A DNA stretch of 64,000 nucleotides from an uncultured Desulfatitalea sp. (lineage in GTDB: Bacteria > Desulfobacterota > Desulfobacteria > Desulfobacterales > Desulfosarcinaceae): the NCBI GenBank assembly GCA_963668675.2, contig CAXXMB010000001.1, forward strand, positions 64,001 through 128,000. Direction: 5' to 3'. The translations under genes and the position numbers were made by a program. Under the pieces are notes generated by a model. That model saw only the letters and a list, made by a program, of their open reading frames with translations. It did not search any database and was not told the DNA's origin. Position 1 is the stretch's first letter, and each line of letters starts with the position of its first letter. This document shows positions 1-11,004 of the stretch, piece after piece.

Positions 1-1038
1 CAGCTTCCACCACCCATTTTGAACAATATAGGAGTAGAATACATCCGAACCGATATAAAAGGAGTCGTGGTGTTCGAGAATTCGGGACCACTCCCCGGCG
101 GCATCCTGCATCAGCATTTTTCTCGCCAAGAGCATACCAAGCGCTTTGCCGCCGACAAACCCTGTGCCGATCAGCCTCTCTTTTATTTGCAGCAAATCCT
201 CCAGGGAAAAGAATTTGCGAACCAATGCAAGGGCTTTTTTATTGCGCGTCAAGACCAGACGGCTGAGCTGTTCGACCTTGTCCTGCTTTTCCGCCGTTTC
301 GGCTCTGGACGCTGTCAGGCGCTCGGCCTGGATGAAAAGATGATCCCAATGGTCGAGAATTCGATGCGCATGGACCGTTTTTTCGCGTGAAAGGTGGGAG
401 AAGAGTTGAGTCGCCTCCACACTGTTGATCACCGGTACGAGCTGATCCTTCTCTTTGACATGGGGGAAAAACATCGTGGGAGAATAACGGTCTTGGATTT
501 TGATCGGATGAACGCAAAGTTTGCGATGGTAGGTGTAGACATCGATAAGCACTTGAGTGGTTTCACGGATGCGGGCAATGGCTTTGAATGAGTGGTGGTT
601 TCTTAAAATGGCGAAATAGGCGATGGTATTCAATTCAAAAAGATAGGGGCAGGTGACGAAGAAAAAATTGACGATCATCAGATCGGTGGCCCATTCATGG
701 AGCAGATCGGACAAAGAGTCAAAAACGTAAAAGATTCCTTTGCCTTCCCGGGTGATAATGCCGTGCACCTCGGAAGAGAAGGTTTCGAACCCATCCGCCA
801 CGTTCAGGGTGTAGATGTGAAGATTGGGGCGCTGCTCGAGCAGCGGACCATGGCGACCGAAACGCATATAAACCACACGTTGTTGGTTGGTAATCGCGTG
901 GATGGTAAAATAGGAAACCAGTTTGCGGTACGCATCGATGTCATCCACTTGCCAGACCACATTGTCGCCTTTGCGCAGATGATCGATAACGCTGTCTAGA
1001 TTTTTCCAGCCCGTGCTGACGTGGGCGAAAGAGGCCAT
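1..1038 (-). CDS. PEP/pyruvate-binding (PPDK/PEP-synthase N-terminal-like) domain protein, partial; runs off the left window edge
   Basis: Not in the ORF track because it has no stop in the window. Manual translation from ATG at 1038 gives MASFAHVSTGWKNLDSVIDHLRKGDNVVWQVDDID; the window-edge end is in the same frame and reads ...HDSFYIGSDVFYSYIVQNGWWKL. This resembles the PPDK_N-containing family often found beside gdhA. Confidence 0.75.
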   Translation of the reverse strand, partial: MASFAHVSTGWKNLDSVIDHLRKGDNVVWQVDDIDAYRKLVSYFTIHAITNQQRVVYMRFGRHGPLLEQRPNLHIYTLNVADGFETFSSEVHGIITREGKGIFYVFDSLSDLLHEWATDLMIVNFFFVTCPYLFELNTIAYFAILRNHHSFKAIARIRETTQVLIDVYTYHRKLCVHPIKIQDRYSPTMFFPHVKEKDQLVPVINSVEATQLFSHLSREKTVHAHRILDHWDHLFIQAERLTASRAETAEKQDKVEQLSRLVLTRNKKALALVRKFFSLEDLLQIKERLIGTGFVGGKALGMLLARKMLMQDAAGEWSRILEHHDSFYIGSDVFYSYIVQNGWWKL

Positions 1039-1180
1039 GGCGTGGATACCGTTTCCTTTGGCCGGCCGGATGATTCGGTCAGCCCCAACGCTGCGGTATT
1101 AGGGCCGACGAAAGATATGCGACCCGATTCCCCGGGCCGCATATCTTTCGATAAACCGTATTGCCGTTTGGAATCAGCGA

Positions 1181-3105
<1,925 letters not shown>

Positions 3106-3195
3106 TGTCCCCCCTTTTGCCGACTTCGAACCGGCACGGTTGTTTTTGTGCGGTGGTGTTTGTTCGCTGCAGTGAACCACTGTTTTTTTGGGTAA

Positions 3196-3211
3196 CGCAA
3201 AAGCCATGCCG
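3196..3211 (-). promoter_or_regulatory. sigma54 (-24/-12) promoter for the hypothetical-gdhA operon
   Basis: The minus strand reads CGGCATGGCTTTTGCG (GG-N10-GC, TGGCAY-N5-TTGC pattern). An AT-rich tract lies immediately upstream (about 3240-3280). Confidence 0.7.
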
Positions 3212-3578
3212 TGTATCAAATCAATGTCATAGCGATTTAACTAGCTGAATAAACATAAAATTATAAAATACAAAGTTTACGGTGATTGGCGGTTCGGCAA
3301 AGCATCTGGTGGAAAAGCAGCACTCCTGAAAAGAGAGGTCGCAGTATGTGGTCTGAAACGGCGGTGAATGCGATTGGTTAATTGTTGAACAGTGGTGGTG
3401 ATATTTGAACAGATGCAAAAACCCACCCGCTCTATTATGGTTGACCTGTGACGCATGAGCGGTTGCATCGGTAAGGCTTTTATGTTCATAAGAAGAGTGA
3501 CGCCATCGGAAGCTTTGGCGGGAAATTGGAGTGGTAAAAAGCCGCTAACCCAACGTTTGACAATCATAGATAGCGTAG

Positions 3579-5414
3579 TTGGACATGAGATCAAATAACA
3601 CCGAAAAGAGAGATAAGAGCGCTCGCCTGCAGAAGGGAGTCAAGGGTAGTGATTGCCCCAAACTGTTGGAGGTATCAACCGCTCCGAACGCGCTTGCCGA
3701 ACGCATCAAGGAACTCAATTGCCTGTATGGTATATCCAACCTGCTAGAGAATCAGGATGTTTCGCTATCGTGGATTATGCAAAGGGCTGTTGAGTTGATT
3801 CCGGCGGCTTGGCAGTATCCTGAAAATGCATGTGCGCGTATCCGATTGGACGGTCAGGAATATACCTCCAAGAATTTTAGATCGACACGCTGGCGGCAAA
3901 GCACCCAAATCACCTTGAATGACAGACATGTCGGTGATGTGGCTGTCTTTTATGTGAATCCTTCTCCAGCTGGAGATGAGGGGACGTTCCTGGAAGAAGA
4001 AGACCGCCTTTTGAAAGCCATTGGCGAACGCTTGAGCAAAGTGTTGTGGTTAAAGCGTTCCGAAGAAGCACTAAAAGAGAGTGAAGAGCGGTATAGGGTG
4101 CTTGCCGAACAGATCGCGGAAGGTGTCGCCTTGGTCCAGGATTCATGTTTTCGTTATGTGAATCCGGAGTTTTGCAAGATGTTCAACGTGCCATCCGCAG
4201 AAGAGATCTGCGATGAATCGGTGCACCGCTATAGGGCCGACCATGCGGATGTACTCGCAAGGTTTTATGGCCCGGAGGAGATTGAAATCCCAGAGTCCAA
4301 GATCGAGCAGATTCACTCTCTGACACGATCCGGAAAGATATTTTGGGTGCAGGCAAGCCACAACCCGATTAAGTTCAAAGGGCGCCCAGCCTTGCTGTCA
4401 ACCTTCAAGGATGTAACCGATATAAAAGAGCAGCAACTGAGGGCCCAGCGCATGGCGAACCAATTGGATAACGAAAACAGAGTGTTGCGGTCATCGTTAA
4501 AAGAGCGGTATAGACTGGGGGACATCCTTGGCCGTTCAGCGGCTATGCAGGCGGTCTATGAACTGATCCTCAAAGCCGCTGCAACAGATGCAAGTGTCGC
4601 GGTGTTCGGAGAGTCCGGTTCGGGTAAGGAGCTTGTCGCCCACGCCATACACCATCATAGTGACAGAAAAGGGGAGCGGTTTGTGGCGGTGAACTGCGGC
4701 GCAATTCAAGAGTCTCTGTTCGAAAGAGAGTTTTTCGGACATCGCAAAGGGTCCTTTACCAACGCCCATGCCGATGCACCAGGCTACCTGGACATGGCCG
4801 ACGGCGGGACGTTGTTTCTCGATGAAGTCGGTGAACTGACCATTAACATGCAGGCCAAATTGCTCAGGGCCATCGAGGGTGGCGGATATCGGCCGGTCGG
4901 CGGTACGGAAACCCTATCGTCAGATTTTCGAATTATTTCAGCATCAAATGTGGATTTACGCAATAAGGTGACCAGCGGTCGCATGCGCAATGATTTCTTC
5001 TACCGTATTCAGGTAATACAAATCCAGTTGCCGCCACTGCGTGAACGCAGACAGGACATTCCCTTATTGGTAGAGCATTTTTTGCGCAAGATGAAGGCTC
5101 ATTCCAGCATTTCCAGTGTTCCCGGCCGTATAATGGACATTCTTGTAGAATATGACTGGCCGGGAAACGTGCGCGAATTGCGTAACGTACTCCAGCGCTA
5201 CGTCACCTTGGGCCACCTTGAATTCTTCTCTCCGGGCTCGGAGTCGACCCGTGTGTCGGTCACGGCGAGTGTCAATCTGCGCAACGCCATCACGGAATTG
5301 GAAAAATCCTTTATCAAAAGAGCCATAGATCAAGCGGGTGGCAACAAAACCAAAGCAGCCAATCTACTGGGCATTTCCCGGCGTGCTCTCTTCCGAAAGA
5401 TGTCCAAGTGCTGA
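3579..5414 (+). CDS. sigma54-dependent enhancer-binding protein (GAF-like + PAS + AAA+ + Fis HTH)
   Basis: Walker A GESGSGKE, GAFTGA-like GSFTNA, GGTLFLDEVGEL, WPGNVREL and a C-terminal GNKTKAANLLGISRRAL HTH. The N-terminus has an ERIKELNCLY...PAAWQYP GAF-like region and a PAS domain. Confidence 0.93.
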   Translation: MDMRSNNTEKRDKSARLQKGVKGSDCPKLLEVSTAPNALAERIKELNCLYGISNLLENQDVSLSWIMQRAVELIPAAWQYPENACARIRLDGQEYTSKNFRSTRWRQSTQITLNDRHVGDVAVFYVNPSPAGDEGTFLEEEDRLLKAIGERLSKVLWLKRSEEALKESEERYRVLAEQIAEGVALVQDSCFRYVNPEFCKMFNVPSAEEICDESVHRYRADHADVLARFYGPEEIEIPESKIEQIHSLTRSGKIFWVQASHNPIKFKGRPALLSTFKDVTDIKEQQLRAQRMANQLDNENRVLRSSLKERYRLGDILGRSAAMQAVYELILKAAATDASVAVFGESGSGKELVAHAIHHHSDRKGERFVAVNCGAIQESLFEREFFGHRKGSFTNAHADAPGYLDMADGGTLFLDEVGELTINMQAKLLRAIEGGGYRPVGGTETLSSDFRIISASNVDLRNKVTSGRMRNDFFYRIQVIQIQLPPLRERRQDIPLLVEHFLRKMKAHSSISSVPGRIMDILVEYDWPGNVRELRNVLQRYVTLGHLEFFSPGSESTRVSVTASVNLRNAITELEKSFIKRAIDQAGGNKTKAANLLGISRRALFRKMSKC

Positions 5415-5432
5415 GTGCCAGAAACGCCCATG

Positions 5433-5520
5433 ACGGGCGATAACGCCCGTACATTATAAAGGCTAACATTACAGAGTCTTGACTACTTCATAGATGCTAA
5501 TACGGGCGTATTTGGCCCAT
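5433..5520. promoter_or_regulatory. candidate enhancer (UAS) sites upstream of the pnt-operon sigma54 promoter
   Basis: Palindrome ACGGGCG-ataa-CGCCCGT (5433-5450) and a related copy ACGGGCG-tatt-TGGCCCAT (about 5502-5520), 80-165 bp upstream of the promoter. Confidence 0.5.
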
Positions 5521-5597
5521 ACCGACCCCCCTCTTCTGTATTTAAATATTTTATATTGTATTAAGTTTCAAATAGTTATGTCTTTTTTTGCCATTGC

Positions 5598-5613
5598 TGG
5601 CATCCCTTTTGCT
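5598..5613 (+). promoter_or_regulatory. sigma54 (-24/-12) promoter for the pnt operon
   Basis: TGGCATCCCTTTTGCT is a near-consensus match, preceded by an AT-rich (IHF-like) tract at 5538-5590. Confidence 0.8.
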
Positions 5614-5699
5614 GAACCTGCTAAAAAGCAAACACGGCTCATTGAGAACACCTCAATCATATGCGGTTTGGCATAAAGAATGGATAGAGGTATGAAACT

Positions 5700-5918
5700 G
5701 TGGAACTGGCGAAAAATAAAGCTTCCGGCAAATTGTTTGTGGTGCTCGATGACACGGGCGGACCCACTTTATTGGTAATTACACCAGAGGGTAAGAAGAG
5801 AAGTCTTGAACGGCGTCTGTTTGAACTCATAGAAATGACCGATCCTGCCGAGGCCCTTTCCAAACAGAAACTAACAAAATCGCAGGTCGATCTATATTTG
5901 GAGTATTTGGATGAATAA
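5700..5918 (+). CDS. small hypothetical protein
   Basis: 72-aa ORF with an upstream GAGG, protein-like composition, directly after the sigma54 promoter. Confidence 0.6.
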   Translation: MELAKNKASGKLFVVLDDTGGPTLLVITPEGKKRSLERRLFELIEMTDPAEALSKQKLTKSQVDLYLEYLDE

Positions 5919-5997
5919 ATGCATCTTCGAAACGGATCAGGCCTGTCTCAGTATTGCTCAATTTGTTTAACCGACAATGCCGGAAAGGAAGATCAAA

Positions 5998-6432
5998 ATG
6001 AAGAACGATCCTTTTGGAAACCTTATGGATTGGGGACCGGTGATGGATACCCTAGAGGATTTGGCGAACAACGGCGATTTGGCGCAATGTCAGCCCGGTT
6101 TGGTTCGCATACTTCGGTACAAGGGGAACTGGAGGCTTCGTGAAGAAGTGCTCAAGCGCATTGGAGAGATTCAGGCCCCATCAGACGAACTGGTTGAAAA
6201 GGTGATTGCCATTTTAGACGACGACAATCTTTACTATGATGTCAGAATTATCGCCGGCAATTCGCTGGTTCAATTGTTAACCAAAACGCAAATCGACAGC
6301 AACGGCTATATACACAAAAATGCCAAAAAGATAATCGAAAAGCTAAAGAGCACGCCGCAACCGCCGTTTTTCGCAAAGGCAATAGATCGACTGCATTCAG
6401 AGCTGGTTGATCCAACTATGTTAGAAAATTAA
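5998..6432 (+). CDS. hypothetical alpha-helical (HEAT/ARM-like) protein
   Basis: MKNDPFGNL... after an AAGGAA RBS, with HEAT-like segments NWRLREEVLKRIG and YYDVRIIAGNSL. Confidence 0.65.
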   Translation: MKNDPFGNLMDWGPVMDTLEDLANNGDLAQCQPGLVRILRYKGNWRLREEVLKRIGEIQAPSDELVEKVIAILDDDNLYYDVRIIAGNSLVQLLTKTQIDSNGYIHKNAKKIIEKLKSTPQPPFFAKAIDRLHSELVDPTMLEN

Positions 6433-6543
6433 AGGGGATCACATCATGGCATCGTATTTTAAATCTCCATACACCGAATCCGTAATTGTTTGCACGTGAA
6501 TCAGAGAATCACGGATGGCGATTGCATAAGAAAGAGGTAAATC

Positions 6544-7704
6544 ATGCAGATTGGGATACCCAAAGAGGTTTTGCCCGAGGAGATGAGAGTGGCGGCGACG
6601 CCGGAGACGGTTGGAAAATATATCGATATGGGCTTTGATGTGGTCGTCGAGGCATCCGCCGGTGAAGGCATTTCGATATCCGATGGTCAATATGAAGATG
6701 CGGGCGCCGGAATCACTTCTGACCCGGAGCTACTTTTTTCTGAATCCGATATCGTTTTGAAAGTAAAGCAACCGGTATTTAATGAAAAGGCAGAGAAGCA
6801 CGAAGTCAACATGCTGCGTGACGGCAGTGTTCTGATTACGTTTTTGCACCCGGCTGCTCCTGAGAACCATGACATGATCAAGCGACTGCGGGACAAAAAC
6901 ATCACCGCCTTTACGATGGACGGGATTCCACGTATCTCTCGCGCCCAGAGAATGGACGCCCTATCTTCAATGAGCGCCGTCACCGGGTACAAAGCCGTAA
7001 TTATGGCTGCCAACCAATTGCCAAAGTTCATTCCAATGATCGGGACAGCCATCGGTACGATCCAGCCCGCGCGGTTTTTTGTCATTGGCGTCGGCGTTGT
7101 TGGCTTGCAGGCCATCGCTACCGCCAAGCGACTTGGCGGCGTTGTCACATCGCTGGATATCAGAAAAAGTGCATGCACCGAAGCAGATAGCTTGGGCGCC
7201 AAAGTGGTTGATTTCGACATTCCACAAGAACTGGCGGTGGGCAATGGGGGGTACGCGAAGCCCCTTGAAAAAGAGTGGCTGGAGATAGAGCGACAGGTCA
7301 TACGTTCTCATATGGAGGATGCGGATGTGGTCATTCTCAGCGCTCTGGTGCCTGGAGAGATTGCGCCGGTTCTGGTCACCGAACAGATGGTCGCAACAAT
7401 GAAGCCGGGGGCTGTCATCATGGATATTTCCGTCGATCAGGGCGGCAATTGTGAAGTCACCGAACCGGGGCGCTTCGGCAAAAAAATGGGTGTTCATATT
7501 TGCGGAATACAAAATATTCCCGGAAGAATGGCCGTACACGCGAGTTGGCTCTATGCGAACAACATGCTCTACTATGTCGAAAATCTTTTCAAAAAGGGTA
7601 ACAAAAAGCTCGATCTGGAAGACGAAATTGTCACCGCATCACTTGTCACGCATCAATCGACCATCCATCATAAGGGCACTCTAAAGGCAATGCAGAACGG
7701 TTGA
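6544..7704 (+). CDS. pntA: NAD(P) transhydrogenase alpha subunit part 1 (dI, NAD-binding)
   Basis: Motifs IGIPKE...RVAATP, PRISRAQRMDALSSM, GVGVVGLQAIATAKRLG, DIR and DISVDQGGNC. Confidence 0.95.
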   Translation: MQIGIPKEVLPEEMRVAATPETVGKYIDMGFDVVVEASAGEGISISDGQYEDAGAGITSDPELLFSESDIVLKVKQPVFNEKAEKHEVNMLRDGSVLITFLHPAAPENHDMIKRLRDKNITAFTMDGIPRISRAQRMDALSSMSAVTGYKAVIMAANQLPKFIPMIGTAIGTIQPARFFVIGVGVVGLQAIATAKRLGGVVTSLDIRKSACTEADSLGAKVVDFDIPQELAVGNGGYAKPLEKEWLEIERQVIRSHMEDADVVILSALVPGEIAPVLVTEQMVATMKPGAVIMDISVDQGGNCEVTEPGRFGKKMGVHICGIQNIPGRMAVHASWLYANNMLYYVENLFKKGNKKLDLEDEIVTASLVTHQSTIHHKGTLKAMQNG

Positions 7705-7730
7705 CCTATTCATCGGCGAAAGGCTTACCC

Positions 7731-8030
7731 ATGACGAATCTGACTATAATGATGGGTGTGTTTATGGCTTCTTTTGTCATTGGTTACCTGCTCATTTCCA
7801 GGGTACCGACGCTTTTACACACACCTTTGATGTCGATGACCAATGCGATCTCCGCTGTGACATTACTCGGGGCTTTGGTTCTGTTTTCACAACCGACCAA
7901 CACCCCGGTAAAAATATTGGGTTCGTTGGCCATTGTCGCCGCGACTTTCAATGTGGTTGGCGGATTTGTCATTACGGACAGAATGCTGCGCCTGTTCAAG
8001 GGCAAAAATTCCGATTCGAACGACAGATAG
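7731..8030 (+). CDS. pntA2: NAD(P) transhydrogenase alpha subunit part 2 (membrane)
   Basis: Motifs LLHTPLMSMTNAISA and NVVGGFVITDRML; hydrophobic. Confidence 0.93.
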   Translation: MTNLTIMMGVFMASFVIGYLLISRVPTLLHTPLMSMTNAISAVTLLGALVLFSQPTNTPVKILGSLAIVAATFNVVGGFVITDRMLRLFKGKNSDSNDR

Positions 8031-8048
8031 AAGGAAATAGATACTCCG

Positions 8049-10037
8049 ATGACCCTGTTTGTTGATTTTTCTGTCATTTGTATTCTGATTATAGGAATCA
8101 GTCAGTTTCGCCAACCTCGGGGTGCCAGAATCGGCAACACGATGGCTGCCTTTGCGTTGCTGTGCGCTTTTGTACTGGTGTCGTACCGGCATGGTGTTGT
8201 CGATGTCGGAACTGTCATCATTGCACTTTTGGCGGGCACAATGATCGGTTACGCGGCGGCCAGAGCCGTCAATATGATCCAGATTCCGTCAATGGTGGCA
8301 TTTCAGCACGGCGCAGGTGGTGTGGCCGCCTTCCTGGTATCGTTTGTCGAACTGACTCGAGATGCCCATCGCCTCGATGTTGTGAGCGAAATGTCGGGTG
8401 TTCTGGGCTTGACCATTGGATCGTTGACGTTCAGCGCCAGCATTATTGCGAGCGCCAAGCTGGCTGACAAAATGAGGCAGACGCCTCACGTATTGCCGGC
8501 TCATCGCACCCTTGCATTGCTCGCTATTGCAGCGATTTTCGCTGTCGGCGCCGTATCTTTTTATGTGCCGAATGAGATCCTTGGGTATGTGTATCTCATT
8601 CAAATAGTGCTCTCGGCGATTTTAGGCATCTTGTTTGCGGTTCGCGTCGGCGGAGCCGACATGCCGGTGCTTATTTCATTCCTGAATGCGACAGCAGGCC
8701 TGGCTGCGGCGCTGTGCGGAATGGTGATCGGTAACCAATTGTTGATTGCATTCGGTGCAACGGTGGCAGCATCCGGATCAATTCTGACCCATGTTATGTG
8801 CAAGGCCATGAATCGCAATCTCCTTAGCGTATTTCTGCCACCTATCACGACTCAAAACGAGGCGACAAAAAGAGGGTCGAGTGGGATTGTTTCCACTGCT
8901 CAAACCAAATCAAAAGAGATATCAGCCGCGGAAACGGAAGATGCGTATGCAGCAGCCGCCGACATCATTAAACGGGCCCACAACATCATTATCATTCCAG
9001 GCTACGGCATGGCCTTGGCCAAAGCCCAACTCACGGTTGCGGCATTTGCCAAAGAGATGATTTCGATGAACAAAGAGGTAAAATACGCCATCCATCCGGT
9101 CGCGGGCAGAATGCCCGGCCATATGAATGTTTTGCTGGCCGAAGCGGGCGTCGATTACGATATGTTAGTGGAGATGGAAGATATCAACCCTGATTTTTCC
9201 GCCACCGACCTCGCCCTGATCATTGGCGCCTGTGACGTTGTCAACACGGCGGCCATCGATACCACAGGAACCCCCATCTCAGGGATGCCGATTCTTATGG
9301 CTCACAACGCCAAACATGTGATCTGTTGCAATTTAGACAGCAACCCAGGCTATTCAGGCATCGAGAATCCCTTATATGAGCGGGAAAATACTACAATGCT
9401 GCTGGGTGACGCGAAGCAAACCGTTCAGCAGCTTTTGGTATCCTTGAAGAGCGGCGAACCCCAAAAGGGAGCTACCACAACAGCCACCCACAACGCTGTC
9501 TCTGAAGCCGTAAAAACCCTGGCGCTGGCCAAGCAGGTCATTATCGTCCCAGGATACGGTATGGCATTGGCAAAGGCTCAGTTCAAAATCTTCCAGTTAG
9601 CCGAACTTCTTTTAAAAAACAGTGCAACTGTAAAATATGCGATTCATCCTGTGGCCGGAAGAATGCCGGGACACATGCATGTCATTTTGGCTGAAGCCGA
9701 AGTCGAATATGGTGACCTTCTTGAAATGGATGTGGCAAACCCTCTGTTTAAAAGTACCGATGTGGCGCTGGTTGTCGGCGCCTGCGACGTTGTAAATCCG
9801 GCGGCGATGCAAAGCGATGGAACACCGATATCCGGGATGCCGATCCTGACAGTGCATGACGCCGACAACATAATTGTTTGCAACCTCGATGAAAATCCAG
9901 GCTATTCTGGTGTCCCGAATCCTCTCTATGAAAACAGCAAGGCCATAATGCTGCTCGGTGATGCAAAGGCCTCCGCCGAGGTATTGATCGAATCATTCGC
10001 AACAATGATAGGCGTTGACAGAACATTGCCGCACTGA
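8049..10037 (+). CDS. pntB: NAD(P) transhydrogenase beta subunit with tandem duplicated dIII domain
   Basis: Membrane dII (VAFQHG, GGADMPVLISFLN) followed by two copies of PGYGMALAKAQ...IHPVAGRMPGHM...GACDVVN...GTPISGMPIL...PGYSG.NPLYE...LLGDAK. It is 662 aa, versus about 460 aa for a typical PntB. Confidence 0.93.
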   Translation: MTLFVDFSVICILIIGISQFRQPRGARIGNTMAAFALLCAFVLVSYRHGVVDVGTVIIALLAGTMIGYAAARAVNMIQIPSMVAFQHGAGGVAAFLVSFVELTRDAHRLDVVSEMSGVLGLTIGSLTFSASIIASAKLADKMRQTPHVLPAHRTLALLAIAAIFAVGAVSFYVPNEILGYVYLIQIVLSAILGILFAVRVGGADMPVLISFLNATAGLAAALCGMVIGNQLLIAFGATVAASGSILTHVMCKAMNRNLLSVFLPPITTQNEATKRGSSGIVSTAQTKSKEISAAETEDAYAAAADIIKRAHNIIIIPGYGMALAKAQLTVAAFAKEMISMNKEVKYAIHPVAGRMPGHMNVLLAEAGVDYDMLVEMEDINPDFSATDLALIIGACDVVNTAAIDTTGTPISGMPILMAHNAKHVICCNLDSNPGYSGIENPLYERENTTMLLGDAKQTVQQLLVSLKSGEPQKGATTTATHNAVSEAVKTLALAKQVIIVPGYGMALAKAQFKIFQLAELLLKNSATVKYAIHPVAGRMPGHMHVILAEAEVEYGDLLEMDVANPLFKSTDVALVVGACDVVNPAAMQSDGTPISGMPILTVHDADNIIVCNLDENPGYSGVPNPLYENSKAIMLLGDAKASAEVLIESFATMIGVDRTLPH

Positions 10038-10180
10038 GAGAATCAAACGACCTGAAAGAGCCCAAGACCCAAGACCTTAAGGGTATCGCAATTTTTCCGA
10101 TCAGCCGGCTGCGGATGACCGGGTAGAAATTCGAAGACGGTGCTCATTTTACTAAAATTGAAAAAGAGGAGCTGTAACTC

Positions 10181-10591
10181 ATGGAAAAAGCGATCTCGAA
10201 AGAAGTGCTGAACCCACCAGCCTGGAAAAAGCCTCGCGGTTACTCGAATCTTGTAAAAACCACTGGTGGAACGACGCTTTTTGCGGCAGGCCAGGGGGCT
10301 TTCGACGCCCAGGGGAAACTCATCGGAGACGGTGATATATGTCAGCAATATGAACAAATATTCAGTAACGTTCAAGAGGTTCTGGCGACTGGGGGAGCCG
10401 AAATGACCGACATCGTGAGGATGACGATATATTGTACCGACCGCGATGCTTTTTTTGCGAAAGGAAGGGAGTGTGGCCAGATTTTTAAAAAGTACTTCGG
10501 CGATTATTGTCCGGCCAGTACCTTCGTGGAGATAAACAAGCTTTTTGTCAACGGTATGTTGCTCGAAGTAGAGGTTACGGCGGTTATCTAA
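10181..10591 (+). CDS. RidA/YjgF family protein
   Basis: Motifs PRGYSN, AGQG, PASTFVEINKL and LLEVEVTAV; GAGGAG RBS. Confidence 0.9.
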   Translation: MEKAISKEVLNPPAWKKPRGYSNLVKTTGGTTLFAAGQGAFDAQGKLIGDGDICQQYEQIFSNVQEVLATGGAEMTDIVRMTIYCTDRDAFFAKGRECGQIFKKYFGDYCPASTFVEINKLFVNGMLLEVEVTAVI

Positions 10592-10592
10592 C

Positions 10593-10925
10593 GGCAACGT
10601 AGTGGGGATCATGGTGGAGCGCAGGCCGGCCTTTTGAACGACGATCCTCAGAGTTATCACTCCCAACGCAGGTCCTGCTATCGCGACGCATCTGAGAGAA
10701 AAAGGTCAGCCGGTCTCCGTATTCCAGGGTGAAGGCGTGCATGGACCGGGCAACGAGCTTTATATTGCCTGCCGACGTCGGGATCTTAAATGGATCCTGC
10801 CCGATGTTCAGTGTATTGATCCAAAACTGTTCTACGTCATCGAGCAGGCCCGGGATATGAGCAAAGTTTACCGGCCGATCTGCTCGCCCCTCGGTGGCCG
10901 GCGAGCCATCAACAACCGCAAATAG
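10593..10925 (+). pseudogene. 5'-truncated remnant of a DUF2179/DUF5698-like membrane protein with an internal stop
   Basis: The frame reads GNVVGIMVERRPAF*TTILRVITPNAGPAIATHLREKGQPVSVFQGEGVHGPGNELYIACRRRDLKWILPDVQCIDPKLFYVIEQ, with an in-frame TGA at 10635. No N-terminal part is present. Confidence 0.6.
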
Positions 10926-11004
10926 TTCAATCAACTGCAATCACCTATAGACCTTTTACGCGGCACAGAACCGAAAAGGGATCAATGGACAGGGGTTAAA
11001 TGCC

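Noticed and set aside
6510..6530. CGGATGGCGATTGCA as a sigma54 promoter before pntA
   Set aside because: Spacing is one base short.
10635..10637. In-frame TGA as possible selenocysteine
   Set aside because: It aligns to a Gly position rather than a Cys position, and the gene is also 5'-truncated; a nonsense mutation is simpler.
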